Part shown: piece after piece, positions 38,421 to 52,153 of the stretch
How positions within the stretch are numbered: position 1 is the first letter of the stretch
Layout of the letters: each line of letters begins with the position of its first letter
NCBI RefSeq assembly: GCF_964355755.1
Contig: NC_092677.1
Location: 22,307,175 to 22,371,174 of the forward strand
DNA from: Antedon mediterranea
Lineage: Eukaryota > Animalia > Echinodermata
Direction of reading: 5' to 3'
DNA: 64,000 bases
Program-made: the position numbers and the translations under genes
The notes under the pieces: model-generated
Told to the model about the DNA's origin: nothing
Databases searched by the model: none
Seen by the model: only the letters and a program-made list of their open reading frames with translations

Positions 38421-39956
38421 AGAAGTCGTTTTTAATCTTTAATGAAAAGTGTGGTGTGTTATGAATCATTATTATGTTACGTGTTGTAAAAGTAAACAAT
38501 ATTATGAAAGACCCCACTCATCCGTTACATTACTGTTATAACTTAAATAGATCAGGCATTAGGCTACGACCTCCAAGAGCAAATCTTTGTAGAACTAGAA
38601 AATCCTTTGTTGTAAATAGCATTCATATTTTTAATTCTAATGTAAGACGTTAATGCAATTTTTAATAGTTTTACATTTTTAACAGTATTTTTTACTTTTT
38701 ATCTTGTATTTTTAATCTGTTATAATACTGCACGTTTTTAAATTGTTGCAATACTGTTGTTTTAATCTACCAAGCAAAGTGAATTTCCATTTTTATGGAC
38801 AAATAAAATTTCTTAAATCTTGAATCTTGAATCTTGTTGCTCCAAGTTTGTAGTTAATGTCTTTCTTAAGCCGGTTCCACGGTTCCACTAGACATTTATT
38901 CGCGCGAATCGAAAGCGTCAGCTTATACGCATGCGTAGAGATGGATTTGGAAGGGAAACTTGAATATGGAAAATCGACTTCATGTGCATGCATGTTATTA
39001 TTTTTCATCTAATTTTTGTGACGTGTAAAAATACGTAACTGAGGAATGCTCGATTCGCGCAAATAGTATATTCGCTAATGAAAAAGGCATTAGTCTTAGT
39101 TGCAAAATACGTATGAAACGCCATGTGAGCCAAAATATTTATCTTTTTGCCTATTAGTCGAAAGTCCTACAGTCTATAACATAGACAGGTGAATAGTGTG
39201 GTTTTGAAAACAAATATTAACTTATTCGGAGAAGAAAGTAAGCCTAAATATTGTTTAGGTTGGTTTATTAATGTTAATCTAATTCAATATTTTTTAAATA
39301 ATAGTTTTCTGCTAGCAGAGGGCAGATGCTCTAATAAAATCAATAATTCAATTGTCACATAACAATCAAAATACCATTAGAGACGTGCCTGGTATGCCTA
39401 AAAATTAGTAATAATGCCTTTTTTTAAATAAGTTTTATATCTTACAAAATGTATGTTAAAATAGGCCTGCATTGCAAACGTTGTCTATTTACCATCAACA
39501 TACTTATATCAGAATTCATGAAATTATGGACACGTATTTTGTCTGCACTCAACATTCAATGAAATTATACGGATACTAATTAGCAGAGAATACGCCGTGC
39601 TTTCATCAAAAAACGGCTAATCTGATAGTTTTAACGACATCACTCGACCGATGCAACCTCTTGCCGTACTATACTTGAATTTTGGTCTCTTGTGACCACC
39701 AAAAAATGGCTTTGTTCGCAACGAAATTGACTTGGTGCGCATGAGTAATTTTAACAAGATGATTTCTTTAACTGTGCAAACTGACGAAACACATTCAGGA
39801 ATTTAAACGCAACCATTAAGAAATATCCAATTTACTAAAGTTCGTCATTGTTATTATTGCATAAACAAGTTATCAAGAACCAACCAATCTGATTAGGTAC
39901 AGCCTAAGCAGGTTAATAATTATGTGATAGACGATGACGTATGTTTCTGATTTCCC

Positions 39957-39999
39957 GTTGTTGTTGTTGCTGTTGCTGTTGTTGTTGCTGTTGCTGTTC
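39957..39999 (+). repeat. (GTT/GCT)n microsatellite
   Basis: Directly visible. Confidence 0.85.
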
Positions 40000-40419
40000 A
40001 TTTTATAACATCATGAGTTAATATATATTCAAACATAATTGTCTCGGTAAGTTTATAATGAGTAATTAAAAGTTTCCCTTTCCGAAGCAGGTTATTGTGC
40101 AGTCTTTTTTTGTGTATTCTTGTATAATAATCTATTTTATTGATATATAAATTCTTTTTAATGACATCATATGAGTAGGTGAGTACGTATGCATATACAT
40201 TGTTGGTAAGTTTATATATATAATATATTTATAATATACATTTAACATAATTCGAAACAGTTGGTAAATGTTTAATAAATGATTCAAAACAGTCACATGA
40301 GTATGATATTGTTTTCATCCCTCTTTGTCTATTTTAAGTAAAGAACAGATCAACTTTCATCCAAAGCAGATATTATGAAGAAAATACAACACTTAACGTC
40401 ATGATGACGTAACATGGAC

Positions 40420-40650
40420 ATTGTGTCATTGTGATAGTGTAACACAACCCCGATCCTTCTATAGAAAATAAATTTGAAAGTCCATCTAATATTTTCGTCG
40501 TATGATACTTACAACAACATCGTCTAATCGTATTGGTATCATTTAGTATTATTGTCAAGACTTCATTCAGTAGTTTTATGATTGTAGCAAGTTGTTCTAG
40601 ATCCCAATTGTACATTACTGAATCATCGGCGTATATTTTGTCGTGGTCAC
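40420..40650 (-). mobile_element. Degenerate non-LTR reverse transcriptase fragment
   Basis: IYADDSVMY...DLEQLA contains the YADD catalytic motif. Confidence 0.55.
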
Positions 40651-43600
40651 TGTAGCCTATATCCCGGATGATGAGCTTCAGATCTTTGATTTTGGGTTGG
40701 TGCAGTGCACTCAATGGGGATTGATACGTGAAATGTGAAATTTCCCTACCCGTATCCCATTTATTTAATTGTTATTGTTTGTTGAGTCAAGTAAAATTCA
40801 GTCTAAAAGATGTCTTGAATTAACCGGCAAGGCGTACTAAAAAAACTTATAAAGGTATACCGTATATATTCATTCATTCATTCATTCATTTGGCATCATG
40901 TTAATTAACCAATTTTATTAACACAACAATATACAAGAACAAGGCCATAGGCTGCAGTCGTGTGCTCAAATTTGAGTTAATGTTTACCGACCGACCAACC
41001 GACCGACATAGTGAGCTGTAGAGTCGCGTAAAAAGTACAAAACAAGATTGAGATTATAAGCAATACAATAGAAATGGGAGTTTAATGGTATTAAAACATA
41101 TGAAACATTGGTGAACCGACTAATTGCAAAGGCATAAATAAAGGGAAACAGTTATCAGTGGTAACACAAACATACTTAAATAGCCCTCAATAAACATTAT
41201 ATCGGCTCCCATTGACCCAGAAAGTGTTCTTTCACCATTATAAGTAAAATGTACATGCATTGAAATTCTAATGACACATTAGGTAAATATGTATCAAATG
41301 TACAAATCTGAAATAAAATTTAAATAGGCCTATTTCTATAAATCAATTTCAAGTTTACAATCTTACAACGAGTTTACAAAGGAATATACATAATACAGTC
41401 GTAAAAACTTTAAAACGAATATTTGCGTAATTCGTATATAGTTTATTGTATTCATTCTTGCCGAGCGTTCATCTTAGGCCTAGCGGTATTAATTTCAGTT
41501 GCGCTGATGAATAGCACCTTTGAATTATTTTCATGGTGGGCAATATACAGAGAAAATGCCAGAAAACCACTCAACGCACGACCAATATATCGATCGGTAG
41601 GCGCATGTCACGTTCAAGCAAATTGGTGTATTCCTTCCATGCGACAGGTGTCAAAATATTACCCAAGAGGATGTTTCACCCGTGGATGAAATCATTAAGC
41701 GATACAGTTTTCCGCCAACGGGTTGATGGTGTCATAAAAGCAACCATGGAATAGGGTGACACATAAATGGAATTAAAAATTATTATTTCTTGAAAGTGTT
41801 CGAGCTGACCTCATCAAGAAATACAACAACTGGTTTCGTTAATATTTCTGTAACACTGATTCGGAAGTATAAACACGCACACATTTGACTTTGCTAACTT
41901 TATTATATTCCTAATTTCTAAATATTTGCGGCTATTGATGAAGTGTATGATTATGATAGCAACAATTGCTGTATTTTCGTTGATGTAATTACATTTTTAA
42001 ATCAAATTTTTAAACCGTTATGCCAAAGTATTTAAAAGAATCATTAAAAAGTTAACCACACATGAAAGACCTAATGATGCTTGTGTGTCATGGAGGGGCT
42101 ACTGGGCTTGAATGAAATAAAGCATTTTTGTCTCCAGACTAGTACCGTACGTTTGTAAAACAAAACGATTCAAAACAAGAGCAATCAGAGAGTTACACTC
42201 CGCCTGTAAAATAAAAAGGGATTTTTGATATATTATGGTAAACTAAACTCTAATATATTTTTATGCATAATTTATGAGGTGGTTCTCTGGCTTAAAAACA
42301 GTACAATAGCAATCAGAGAGTTACACCCTCTAATAAAAAAAAATGAGAAAAAAGAATCAAAGAATCGTGATAAAGATCCGTATTTTAGACGTACGGCCTA
42401 AAATTAGTAAAATTATAAAAAGTGTTCAAGAATTGGGACCTGGTCAATCAAAATTAACCTGGTAGAAGAAAAACATGAAATTATAGAATTCCATTTTTTA
42501 AATGACACTGTTTGTCAGTTGTATGCTCCAGTTGTTGCTCCCTTGTCCTTAGTGCTACACCAGCGATGTGAGATTTACAGGTGATAGTCTGCATAACTGT
42601 ATATAATATACCAACTCAATATTTTAATGATGGCAGACTATTGCATTTCTGAATGTTTATACAGTTGTTAGGATTTTATCCTATAGTATGGCTGGACGAT
42701 ACCTTTTATTACAGAACCATTGAGTACTTGCCCCAAGAAACAGATGGCTACTTTGGTTTATTCGTACCAGCGGCCATAAAGGTGATAACAAGTAAGTTGG
42801 CGATTTATCGATTTCGTAGAGAATTTGATGGCTTGTCGATATATAATGTATATATCATCATTCATTTCTACGGAGAATGTGCTGATTAAATTCGCTGACA
42901 TTAAGATTATAATAAATTCATTATTGTAACCTACATTTTTTCCAAAAAACTCTTCATATAAATGAAAACACATGATAACGATAACGATAATAATTTATAC
43001 CATCACACTCATAAACATTCCTTCATTATTTGTATACTATTGCACGTCAAGTGACCCACACTCGTCCAATTAAATAGGAATTTATTTAGGTGTTATATAA
43101 AGTCTGTTATACATCTTTTTTTCTATAATATTAATATTCACATTGTGAAACTTAGGTGTCTAGGTTACAATCTAAAATAGCAGGTACTGGTAGCAAAAAG
43201 GTAATATTTATCGTTTACCACAAACACAAACCATATATATAAACACAAAGTGTGCGTGTGTCTTGAAATGAATAAAAATGTATTTATTCCTTTAAAATAA
43301 CTTTTAAAGGATTAAATTACAATTCACAATTATGGCTTTAATCGAATTGTTGCTGATTGCACACTCTTAAGAATGTGTGATTTCGCCAAAAAGTGTGCTG
43401 TCTCCAGGGGGATTGCATGTCTCCGCTACGTCTTTGTTTTAGGAACGCGTCGTTAATCAGTTGCTTAAAAATCACCCATAAAAATCAATACATTTCTAGC
43501 TAACTTTGCCATGGATATTTCTACAGAGTGCCTCCTATCGACCAAGTCAAATTATTACATACCGAGGTGATATATCCATGGCTCTAATGAATCGATTGCA

Positions 43601-46600
43601 CACTTTTAGTGGACAGGACCCTGTAGAACTGGAAGCTTCATATCGATTTACTGATACTGAAACAATCTTTTGATATACTAACCTCACTTCGCTTAAGAAC
43701 ATTCTATTTATCGATATAGCAATACTTCATGATCTACATGTTATCTACTTGTAACAGTAGGCCATATGATCGTAATACTAATTTTTTAAATCATAATCGG
43801 TAGTAGGCCTAATCATTATTGTATTTCTTTCTAAAAATATCATTTTAATTGATGCTTGATTATAAACATGTTCATCTGGTGATATTATTATTATTAGTCA
43901 AAATAATTTTTAAAAAAAATAATATAAATTAGGCCTATTAATTAAATGAATTTCAATATTACAAATACACATTTCGATAATGTAGTGACGTATAGTGATG
44001 AGATACTGAAAATTCTGAAAAAAAAAGCTACGTAATATATGTAGGCCTATGCAGAGAGAGGAACTGGCTTTCATAATGGCAGATAGAAAGTTATGGAGGA
44101 ATCTAGTCATAAGTTCGGACTAAGTAAGTAATATATGTATATGTATATGTGTTTTGCTTGTGTTCATTTCAATTTCCGTCGAATAAAAGTAGATAAAGAG
44201 ATTGATTGAAAACAAGGATTGTGATGATAATAATAACATAAACACATCCACCTTGAATAATGGACAATTGGACAGAACCACGAAGCCACCGATGTAACAA
44301 AATTAACTGACTGATTATAAGAATCACAGCAGAGCCTTGGGCGCCTTCTGCCACAGAAAACTAGCACCACTCGGAGAATGTATTGTGGAAACTCATGAAA
44401 AGACAAAAGGTCTATTTCTTGACAGATGTATCCCTTTGAAAATCAGTTAATCTCTTATCCGCGAATACATTTGCCATACAGATGGCATTCAACATAGAGT
44501 CTAAATGCAACAGTTAAGCTTTAAAATAATAATACAACCCTATTGGGAATGCGCAAAATTAATTTTGGTCATTAAAGCTATATACATTTATTTTTTCCAT
44601 AGAGAATATAGCGAGGCTAATTATCATAATGGATACAACATAATCTCATCAGATTCCAAAATCAAAATGTAGCCAATAATAAATAATGGTTAGAATTAAA
44701 CAGGCTTACTTTCACAAAAACTATTGAAATATTACATATCCTGTCATGAGGTTAATTAATTGATTACAAAATGAATTCATGTTCTGAAACATAAACTGTA
44801 AAAAAATGGTCCTATCTGACCCAAAAAAAATATAACCCTACTGTATACTCATAATCTATGCTATTCGTATGTATAGGCCTATGTATAATATTACTGTAAT
44901 ATAATGCTATATTAATTATCACATACCGTACATTAACAAATAACATAAGTAGGCCCTATAAGTTTGTTTAAATTTTTCTAACATGAACATTTCTGGTAAA
45001 AACCATGACACAAGTAGGCCTACAATATAAGTCCAAAATGTGATTTATTTAATTGTGTTAAAGAATATTTATTAATGAATAGGCCAAAGTTTTGTAACTT
45101 ACACAATGTAAGCAATGGGATCAACACAATTGATGTTTGTGAAACGGACACTGTCTTTTTGTGAGGGAGGGCGTTTGTTTATTTAAAAAAATCTCAATGA
45201 CACTTGTTTTTCGAGTTGATGTACGATTGGTATTTTATCGGATTCAACCGATGCGTCATCGTATTCCAAAAATTCACAGAACATAAAAATATAATGTATA
45301 TGGTTAGTAATAGGCTACCATCTGTGAGATATAAATCATCCGTCTGATCCTGAAGAAAAAAATCTTTACAATTAGCATAAATCAAACAGTTATTATATGA
45401 TGGTTAATGAAGGCATATTCCCAACGAAATTCGATACAATTCCTGATATAAAAGCAGCGCATTTAAACACACTGAGTCATACTAACTAATTTCACCAAAG
45501 ATATATCAATTAAATGCAATAAGACCATTCCCGTAATTAACTTGAGGGTATACTGAATACCGTCACAATATTAGCTGATACAATATAGATATTAAGGCAC
45601 GCCTACTCATAATACAATTTATTTCTATTGTATGTCATAACGATAGTGCCTTTATACGATAGGCCTATATAATATATAATATCATGAACCCTGCAATTGG
45701 TGTAATGGGTTTATGTATCGGGTAACTATAGAATGTAGCTCACACAATATTTGTTTGATCTCTGGAATTAAGCCGCTCACAAAGGTGTTTGGTCAATCAT
45801 ATGGGGACACGAAAGATGTACTGTTGCTGACAAAATAATAAATGTTTGATATAAATGTTTAATATAATTAATAAATGAATACCATCATGAATAACAAGAT
45901 CATCTATCGCATAGTAATGTATAGGCTTAGTCAGCGTCTACAATATTATTTTTCTTTTTTTAATGCACAGATAATTAACGATAGAATTAGATCAACATGT
46001 ATAGTGTTTCACACAAATTGCTACAGGTAAAGAAGAAGCAAAGCCCACAAATGCCCTCTGCTAAAGCATAGCATTCATAGGTCCAATGACCATGTAGAAG
46101 ATTTGATTTGTGTATTTTTTCAATATTCTCATTTCATATATTGATTACTAAGTTGTTTCGTTTGCTAATTAAGTGATTGGAGATGGCGAACGCTTTCGTG
46201 GATTGCTAAATGGATTGTAAATTCGAACACAAATTCCAACATGTCGTGGAACAGGACGCTAATTATATTAGTGCAATGGGAAAGATGTGTTGCTTAAATA
46301 TTTTAGTTTTAATATAAGTGTTCGTTTCTATTGCCGCAGGTGAAGGAATTTCCTTTGTTCATGATATCATAAGCTAATATAAGGACACAATGCTATACTA
46401 TAATGTAGAACTGTTTGACTGCAATGATGTTGAAGCAACGTATAATATCCTGGACGATAAAATGATAAATGGATAATATACATTTTTTCGAGAAAAAAAA
46501 ACAGTACAAAATTTACCATTTAAGAACTGCATAATAACCATTCATACTGTCTCGATGAAAATAATATTTTTTTTTAAATAAAAAAAATGACGTTTATCAA

Positions 46601-47251
46601 TCGCAGTTATTTATTTTGATCATGACATCATTTGATTAGATTTGAAAGCAATGTTTGTTTTTATCGAAAACAATATAGTTACAATATCAATTTCTTTTGT
46701 GTAGGCCTATGAATATTTATCTATCATTACCGTCGTTGTTGATCGTGCGCAGTATAAACGGGCCTTAACTCAATAACAATTATATGCAATTTTTTCATTT
46801 TGATTTAGCTTTTTACATATTTTTCAGTTGAGATCCAGCCACTAATACTCACAGCATTGTCACTTTTTTTTTAGTAATCACGCCTTTGGATTAGGATATT
46901 TTTAAATTATGAATGTATGGTAAAACAAACAAAGAAAACAAAACAAATACAACCTAGGCCTACTTCCAATATTATAATCATATAACAAAAAGGTGATTAA
47001 ATATTTCTATTTTAGAAAACACATGATTTAAATAAAAGACAATCGATAACAGGTTGCTGACCTATTACACAAATTCGTTTAGGAGCATATAACACTTTAA
47101 TGCATTTGACGTCATGGTATACTGCCCTCCCAGATTGCTACGATGTTAAGATTCGTTTTCGATGAGAGAAATCCGGATAAATGACTCGATGTGCGTTGGA
47201 GTTTTGACAGATAAACCAATTCCGATAGGAAGTAAAATCTTTATGGATTTA

Positions 47252-50200
47252 TTTACCTCCGCCAAGGAGGTATATGTAATCGGTAGCGTGTGTTTGTTAC
47301 TTGGCAAAAAAGAAATTTGCCAAGTATAGTATTTACTTTGTTACTTGGCAAAAAGAATTTTGCCAAGTATAGTATTCACTTTGTTACTTTGTTTGTTACT
47401 TGGCCAAATTGAAAATTGGCCAAGTATGTTGATCTGTTTGGTTTGTGTGTTTGTTTGTTTGTTTGTCATCACTCTAGCGCTCACAGTTTTGATTCGAATG
47501 ACTCCAAATGACTACCACACATGTCACCTGGTGAAAGGACGACACTGCCCAATTTTGGTTAAAATCTGGACCACGGTCCCAATTCTGGACCACTTTTAAA
47601 AATTATTTTCAGACCTGCTAGTGTTAAAAGATAGGACAGAATTATCAAAAGCCGGTGAGCAGTCTCAAATTAACAAGTGTACTAAAATTGCATTTTCTCG
47701 AGAAGTATTTGTCCAAAAAAACCTCATTTTTGTACAAGAGGCAAGAGTTATAATTTGTGATTTGTAATTTTAAAACATAAGTTGATTTAATATACAGGTT
47801 TTTTGATGCGAATAGTTTAAAAAAACTAATTCTTTCAAATTCACCCGTGTGTTTGTCGCGTTGCTGTTCTATTGTTAGTCTAGTGAAGCTATTGTTAGTT
47901 GAACATAACCTTTACACCAAACTCGTATACACATGATTGTAGTGAAATTAGCCTAAATCACAGCATAAGACACACTTTTGGTGAAAATTGGGTCAATGTC
48001 AGGAGGCCAATTTTGATTTGGCCAAGTATCGCGCTATGCGCGAAGGCTAGTTTGTTTGTTTGTTACTTGGCAAAAAAGAATTTTGCCAAGTATAGTATTT
48101 ACTTTGTTTGTTTGTATGTTTGTATGTTTGTATGTTTGTATGTATGTTTGTTTGTTTGTTTGTTAGCACGATAGCGCCTACAGTTTTCAAGTTATCGTTC
48201 TGAATTTTTGGGTGTAGATAGGTATATACTTTCAGACCATGCTTATTGAAAATCAACAAAATTTAAAAGTTTATTAATAACTTCACAAATAAAAAAAATG
48301 ATATTATTTGCAGACCGGCTAGTGTTAAAAGATAGGAGACAATTTTCAAAAGCCGGTGAGCAGTCTCAAATTAACAAGTGTACTAAAATTGCATTTTCCC
48401 GAGAAGTATTTCATTTTTAGACATGAGGCAAGGGTTATAATTTGTGATTTGTAATTTTAAAACATAACTTGATTCGATGTACCGGCTTTTTAATACGAGT
48501 AGTTTAAAAAAAAAACCTATTTCTGTTAAAATCCACCTGCTTGTTTTTCGCGTTGCTGTTCTATTATTATTCAAATTAATGTATTGTTAGTTGATAATTA
48601 GTTTTTTAGAACCAGCGTGTGTCCTTCCTTATTTCATTCTGTACATAGGGATATACTTACAGAACATGCCTATTGATTTTCAGGAAAATTTATATATTGG
48701 TCATGTCAGAAAAGCTTATCTTCTGTACGATATATTAAATAGCACGCATTCTGTCTTCTTTTAACATGGACATATTCTTTGATATGGACCAACATATTAG
48801 TCGACTGGTCGAGCGGTTAAGCTTACTCCAAGGGTTAAGTACTCCATCGGTTGAGGCAGGGGCGCCGAAAATCGGCACAGGTTCAAGACAACCCTCAACT
48901 CCTGGTCCATCTTGATTTTAGAAAGGTCATTGTTACAATGACGAAGTTTGTTAAACAAATTATAAACCCCAGCAGGATTTGAACCATGTAAATCTAATTA
49001 CCTAAAGCAAAAAAATGTATCATTCAACATGCTCCCTATCAGTGGATATATTGTGCCAAGTACTTCACTCAGTTTCTGAGTGCTTTCATTTGTGTTTTTG
49101 TTTGTTTGTTTGTTTGTTTGTTTGCACGATAGCGCCTACAGTTTTCAAGTTATCGTTCTGAATTTTTTGATGTAGATAGGTATATACCTTCAGACCATGC
49201 CTATTGAAAATCAACAAAAATTTTAAAATCCACCCGTTTGTTTTTCGCGTTGCTGTTCCATTGTTAGTCAAATGAGACTATTGTTAGTTGATAATTATTT
49301 TTTTAGTCATTTTTTTTTATTTCATTCTGTGCATAGGTATATACTTACTGTCAGAACATGCCTATTGATTTTAAGGAAAATTGATACATTTGTCATGTCA
49401 CAAAAGCTTATCTTTCATGGATATATTAAATAGCACACTCTGTATTCTTTTAACATGAACATATTCTTTGACATGGACCAAAATATTATTCGACTGGCAG
49501 GGGCGCCGCAAATCGGCACAGCTTTAAGACACTCCTCGACCATTATTCTGGTCAATCTTGATTTCAGAAAGTGCCGGGATTGTTTGTATTAAAAAATTAT
49601 TTAAACAAAATTATTAACCCCAGCAGGATTTTAACATGTAAAGCTAATACATAAAGCAAAAAAATGTATATTTGAACATGCTCCCAATCAGTGGATATAT
49701 TTTGCCAAGTACTTCACTCAGTTTCTGAGTGCTTTCATTTGTTTGTTTGTTAGCAGGATTACTCAAAAAGTAATAACAAGATCTTTACCAAAATGAATAT
49801 ACAGATAGATATGTGGTCAAGGACCATTCCATTAAATTTTGGGACCATTTGGGACCATGGTCCCAATTCTGGACCACTTTTTAGTATACTTTTTAGACTT
49901 GCTAGTATTAAAAGATAGAACAGAATTTTTCTAAAGCCGGCGAGCAGTCTTAAAGTAACAAGTAAACTGAAATTGCATTTTCTCGAGAACTACTTGTCTA
50001 AAAAATTTTGAACTGAATTTTTGTACAAGAGGAAAGAGTTATAATTTGTGATTTGTAATTTTAAAACATAATTTGATTTAATGTGCACGTTTTTTTATGC
50101 GAGTAGTTTAAAAAACCTATTTCTTTTCAAATTCACTCGTTTGATTTTCGCGTTGCTGTTCTATTGTTAGTCAACTGAAGCTATTGTTAATTGAAAGGCT

Positions 50201-50373
50201 TATTACATAACCATTACACCAAACTCTCATAAACATGCTTGTAGTGAAATTAGCCTAAATCACAAAGAGCATTAAGACACACACAAATATATATATATAT
50301 TTTTTTACCGGAGAAGTCTTATGTAGGAGAATTTTACAATATGAGGTATGCACTCTCAGAGTGGCTTTCTAGT
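47252..50373 (+). mobile_element. Composite nest of Helentron/HINE-like elements
   Basis: Outer ends TTACCTCCGCCAAGGAGGTA and GAGGTATGCACTCTCAGAGTGGCTTTCTAGT. Inner starts TTACTTGGCAAAAAAGAATTTTGCCAAGTA (47297, 47341, 48063). Inner ends GCCAAGTA plus hairpin (48021, 49055, 49704). (GTTT)n tracts and repeated bodies. Confidence 0.8.
48104..48163 (+). repeat. (GTTT/GTAT)n microsatellite inside a HINE-like element
   Basis: Directly visible. Confidence 0.85.
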
Positions 50374-51102
50374 TGTAAAAGAAGTAAATGAAAAATAAAA
50401 TCTACGAACGAAGATTAGACTTGGTCCAAGTCTGTATTTATTGTCATTTTTATGTTAGTCCACCAGTCGACGTTTCGATTTTTGTCTGGAAATACAAGCT
50501 CAAGTAGTATACGTATGAAACGCCATATGTGCAAATATTTATCTTTTTACTAATTTAGACATGATCAAGACAAAACTCCGTCTGGAACCCAGACTAGACA
50601 AAGATGTTCTGATAAATCCAACAATTAATGTTAATTGCCAAATGTAAAAGAAATATACAAGTCACCTAAATTCAACAAAAACTCCAATGGCTTTTTTTGG
50701 TTTATAATTGATAGACTGTATCTATTAATCGGCGTCACAGAGGAATTGTGCGACTAACTTTTCAATAATATTTTAATCAATAAATTAATTTTACCTAAAA
50801 AAAGGTAGTAAAGTAGTAGTCATTTCACTTTTTACTCGGGGTACCCGAGTCTAGTACTTACTCATTTTCTCCTTCTCTTCCTCCATCTGGACACTATTGA
50901 GTAAAAAGTGCGATTTTTAAAGTACTACTCCTCCCTTATTCGTTATAGTATTGAGCTGGGATTTGGCATGAACATACTACAGGGACATGTCCTCAAAGCT
51001 ATAGAGCCGGATTTTTAATTTTTTGTTAATTAATTTGTTTAAGTAAGAAGCCACAATGTGTGACACACACCACAGCGTTATGTAGTTATATGGTTATATG
51101 CG

Positions 51103-51172
51103 GATTCTTGGCGTAGTGGTTATCACGTTTGCTTAACACGCAGAAGGTACCTGGTTCGAGCCCGGACGAAAC
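51103..51172 (+). tRNA. tRNA-Val(AAC)-like, probably a pseudogene
   Basis: GGCGTAGTGGTTATCAC A-box, anticodon arm TTTGC-TTAACAC-GCAGA, GGTTCGAGCCC B-box, following T-run. The acceptor stem pairs poorly. Confidence 0.6.
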
Positions 51173-51386
51173 ATTTTTTTTTTAAATTTATGGTGAAAAG
51201 TACTGTATACGCAATATGATAATTATACAGAGTATATCTTATTTTTATTATTTTTTAAAATACTTATTTTGTGTAATCGGTAATTATCACTTTTACACAT
51301 GTTTATTTTGCTTTGTGCTTATTACCATTTATTTGTAATTTAAATGGATTAAAAAACTTCCTGTAACCCACATTTTTAATGTAAGA

Positions 51387-51458
51387 GGTTTCGTAGTGTA
51401 GTGGTTGTCAAGTCTGCTTAACACGCAGAAGGTCCCGGTTCGAGCCCTGGCGAAACCT
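51387..51458 (+). tRNA. tRNA-Val(AAC)-like, possibly a pseudogene
   Basis: GGTTTCG...CGAAACC acceptor stem and TCTGC-TTAACAC-GCAGA anticodon arm. D-arm and T-stem are imperfect. Confidence 0.7.
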
Positions 51459-51781
51459 ATTTTCTTTACTTTCTAACTGTATACGTCTGTATACAGCTTC
51501 TTTCGCTGTACCCCGAGTATTGCACATTCGTGCTTGTTTTTACTGTTATCGTTAATTTCCTTAAATTGGCCTAATGTTAAGCAAATAGATTAATAAATCT
51601 TGTAAAATGTTTATATTTTAAATCCATAAAGTACATTCATTTTAAAACTACAAATCATACCTCCACCTACTGTAAAATACATAAGATTTTTCCGGAAAAA
51701 ATATAGAGTATATATAATATACTAACAATAGAAGAGGAACGCCAAAAAACCGGGTGAATTTGAAAAGAAATAGGTCTTTTC

Positions 51782-52153
51782 AAAACTACAAATCACAAAT
51801 TATAACTCTTGCTTCTTGTACAAAAATTAAGTTTTTTGAACAAGTAGAAAAAAAATGCAATTTCAGTTTGTTACTTTAAGACTGCTCGCCGGCTTTTGAA
51901 AATTCTTCCTTATTTTTTAACACTAGCAGGTCTGAAAATAATACTAAAAAGTAGTCCAGAATTGGGACCGCAATCCGGGTTACTTCCAAAATTTAATGGA
52001 GTAGTCCTTGACCACATATCTATCTGTATTTTGGTAATCATCATTTTAGTAAAGATCTTGCAATAACTTTTTGAGTAATCCTGCTAACAAACAACAAACA
52101 GACAGACACATGCGATTGATTACATATACAGTACCTCCTTGGCGGAGGTAAAT
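51782..52153 (-). mobile_element. Truncated inverted copy of the same HINE-like family
   Basis: TACCTCCTTGGCGGAGGTAAA end. The body is the reverse complement of about 49745-50065. Confidence 0.8.

Larger units (their letters stand above)
50829..51546 (+). mobile_element. HINE-like element containing two tRNA-Val-like copies
   Basis: 12-bp subterminal inverted repeat TACTCGGGGTAC (50833-50844) / GTACCCCGAGTA (51508-51519), then hairpin GCAC-ATTC-GTGC. A sibling 5' end is at 63379-63530. Confidence 0.7.

Noticed and set aside
40373-40714. 113-aa ORF as a host gene
   Set aside because: It has a TTG start, no splice context and a YADD motif, so it is best explained as a decayed LINE reverse transcriptase.
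47345-49271. Several hydrophobic or N/K/Q-rich ORFs
   Set aside because: They are translations of (GTTT)n microsatellites within repeats.
51103-51458. Functional tRNA-Val gene pair
   Set aside because: Stem mismatches and location inside a repeat favour pseudogenes. They are kept as tRNA-like only.
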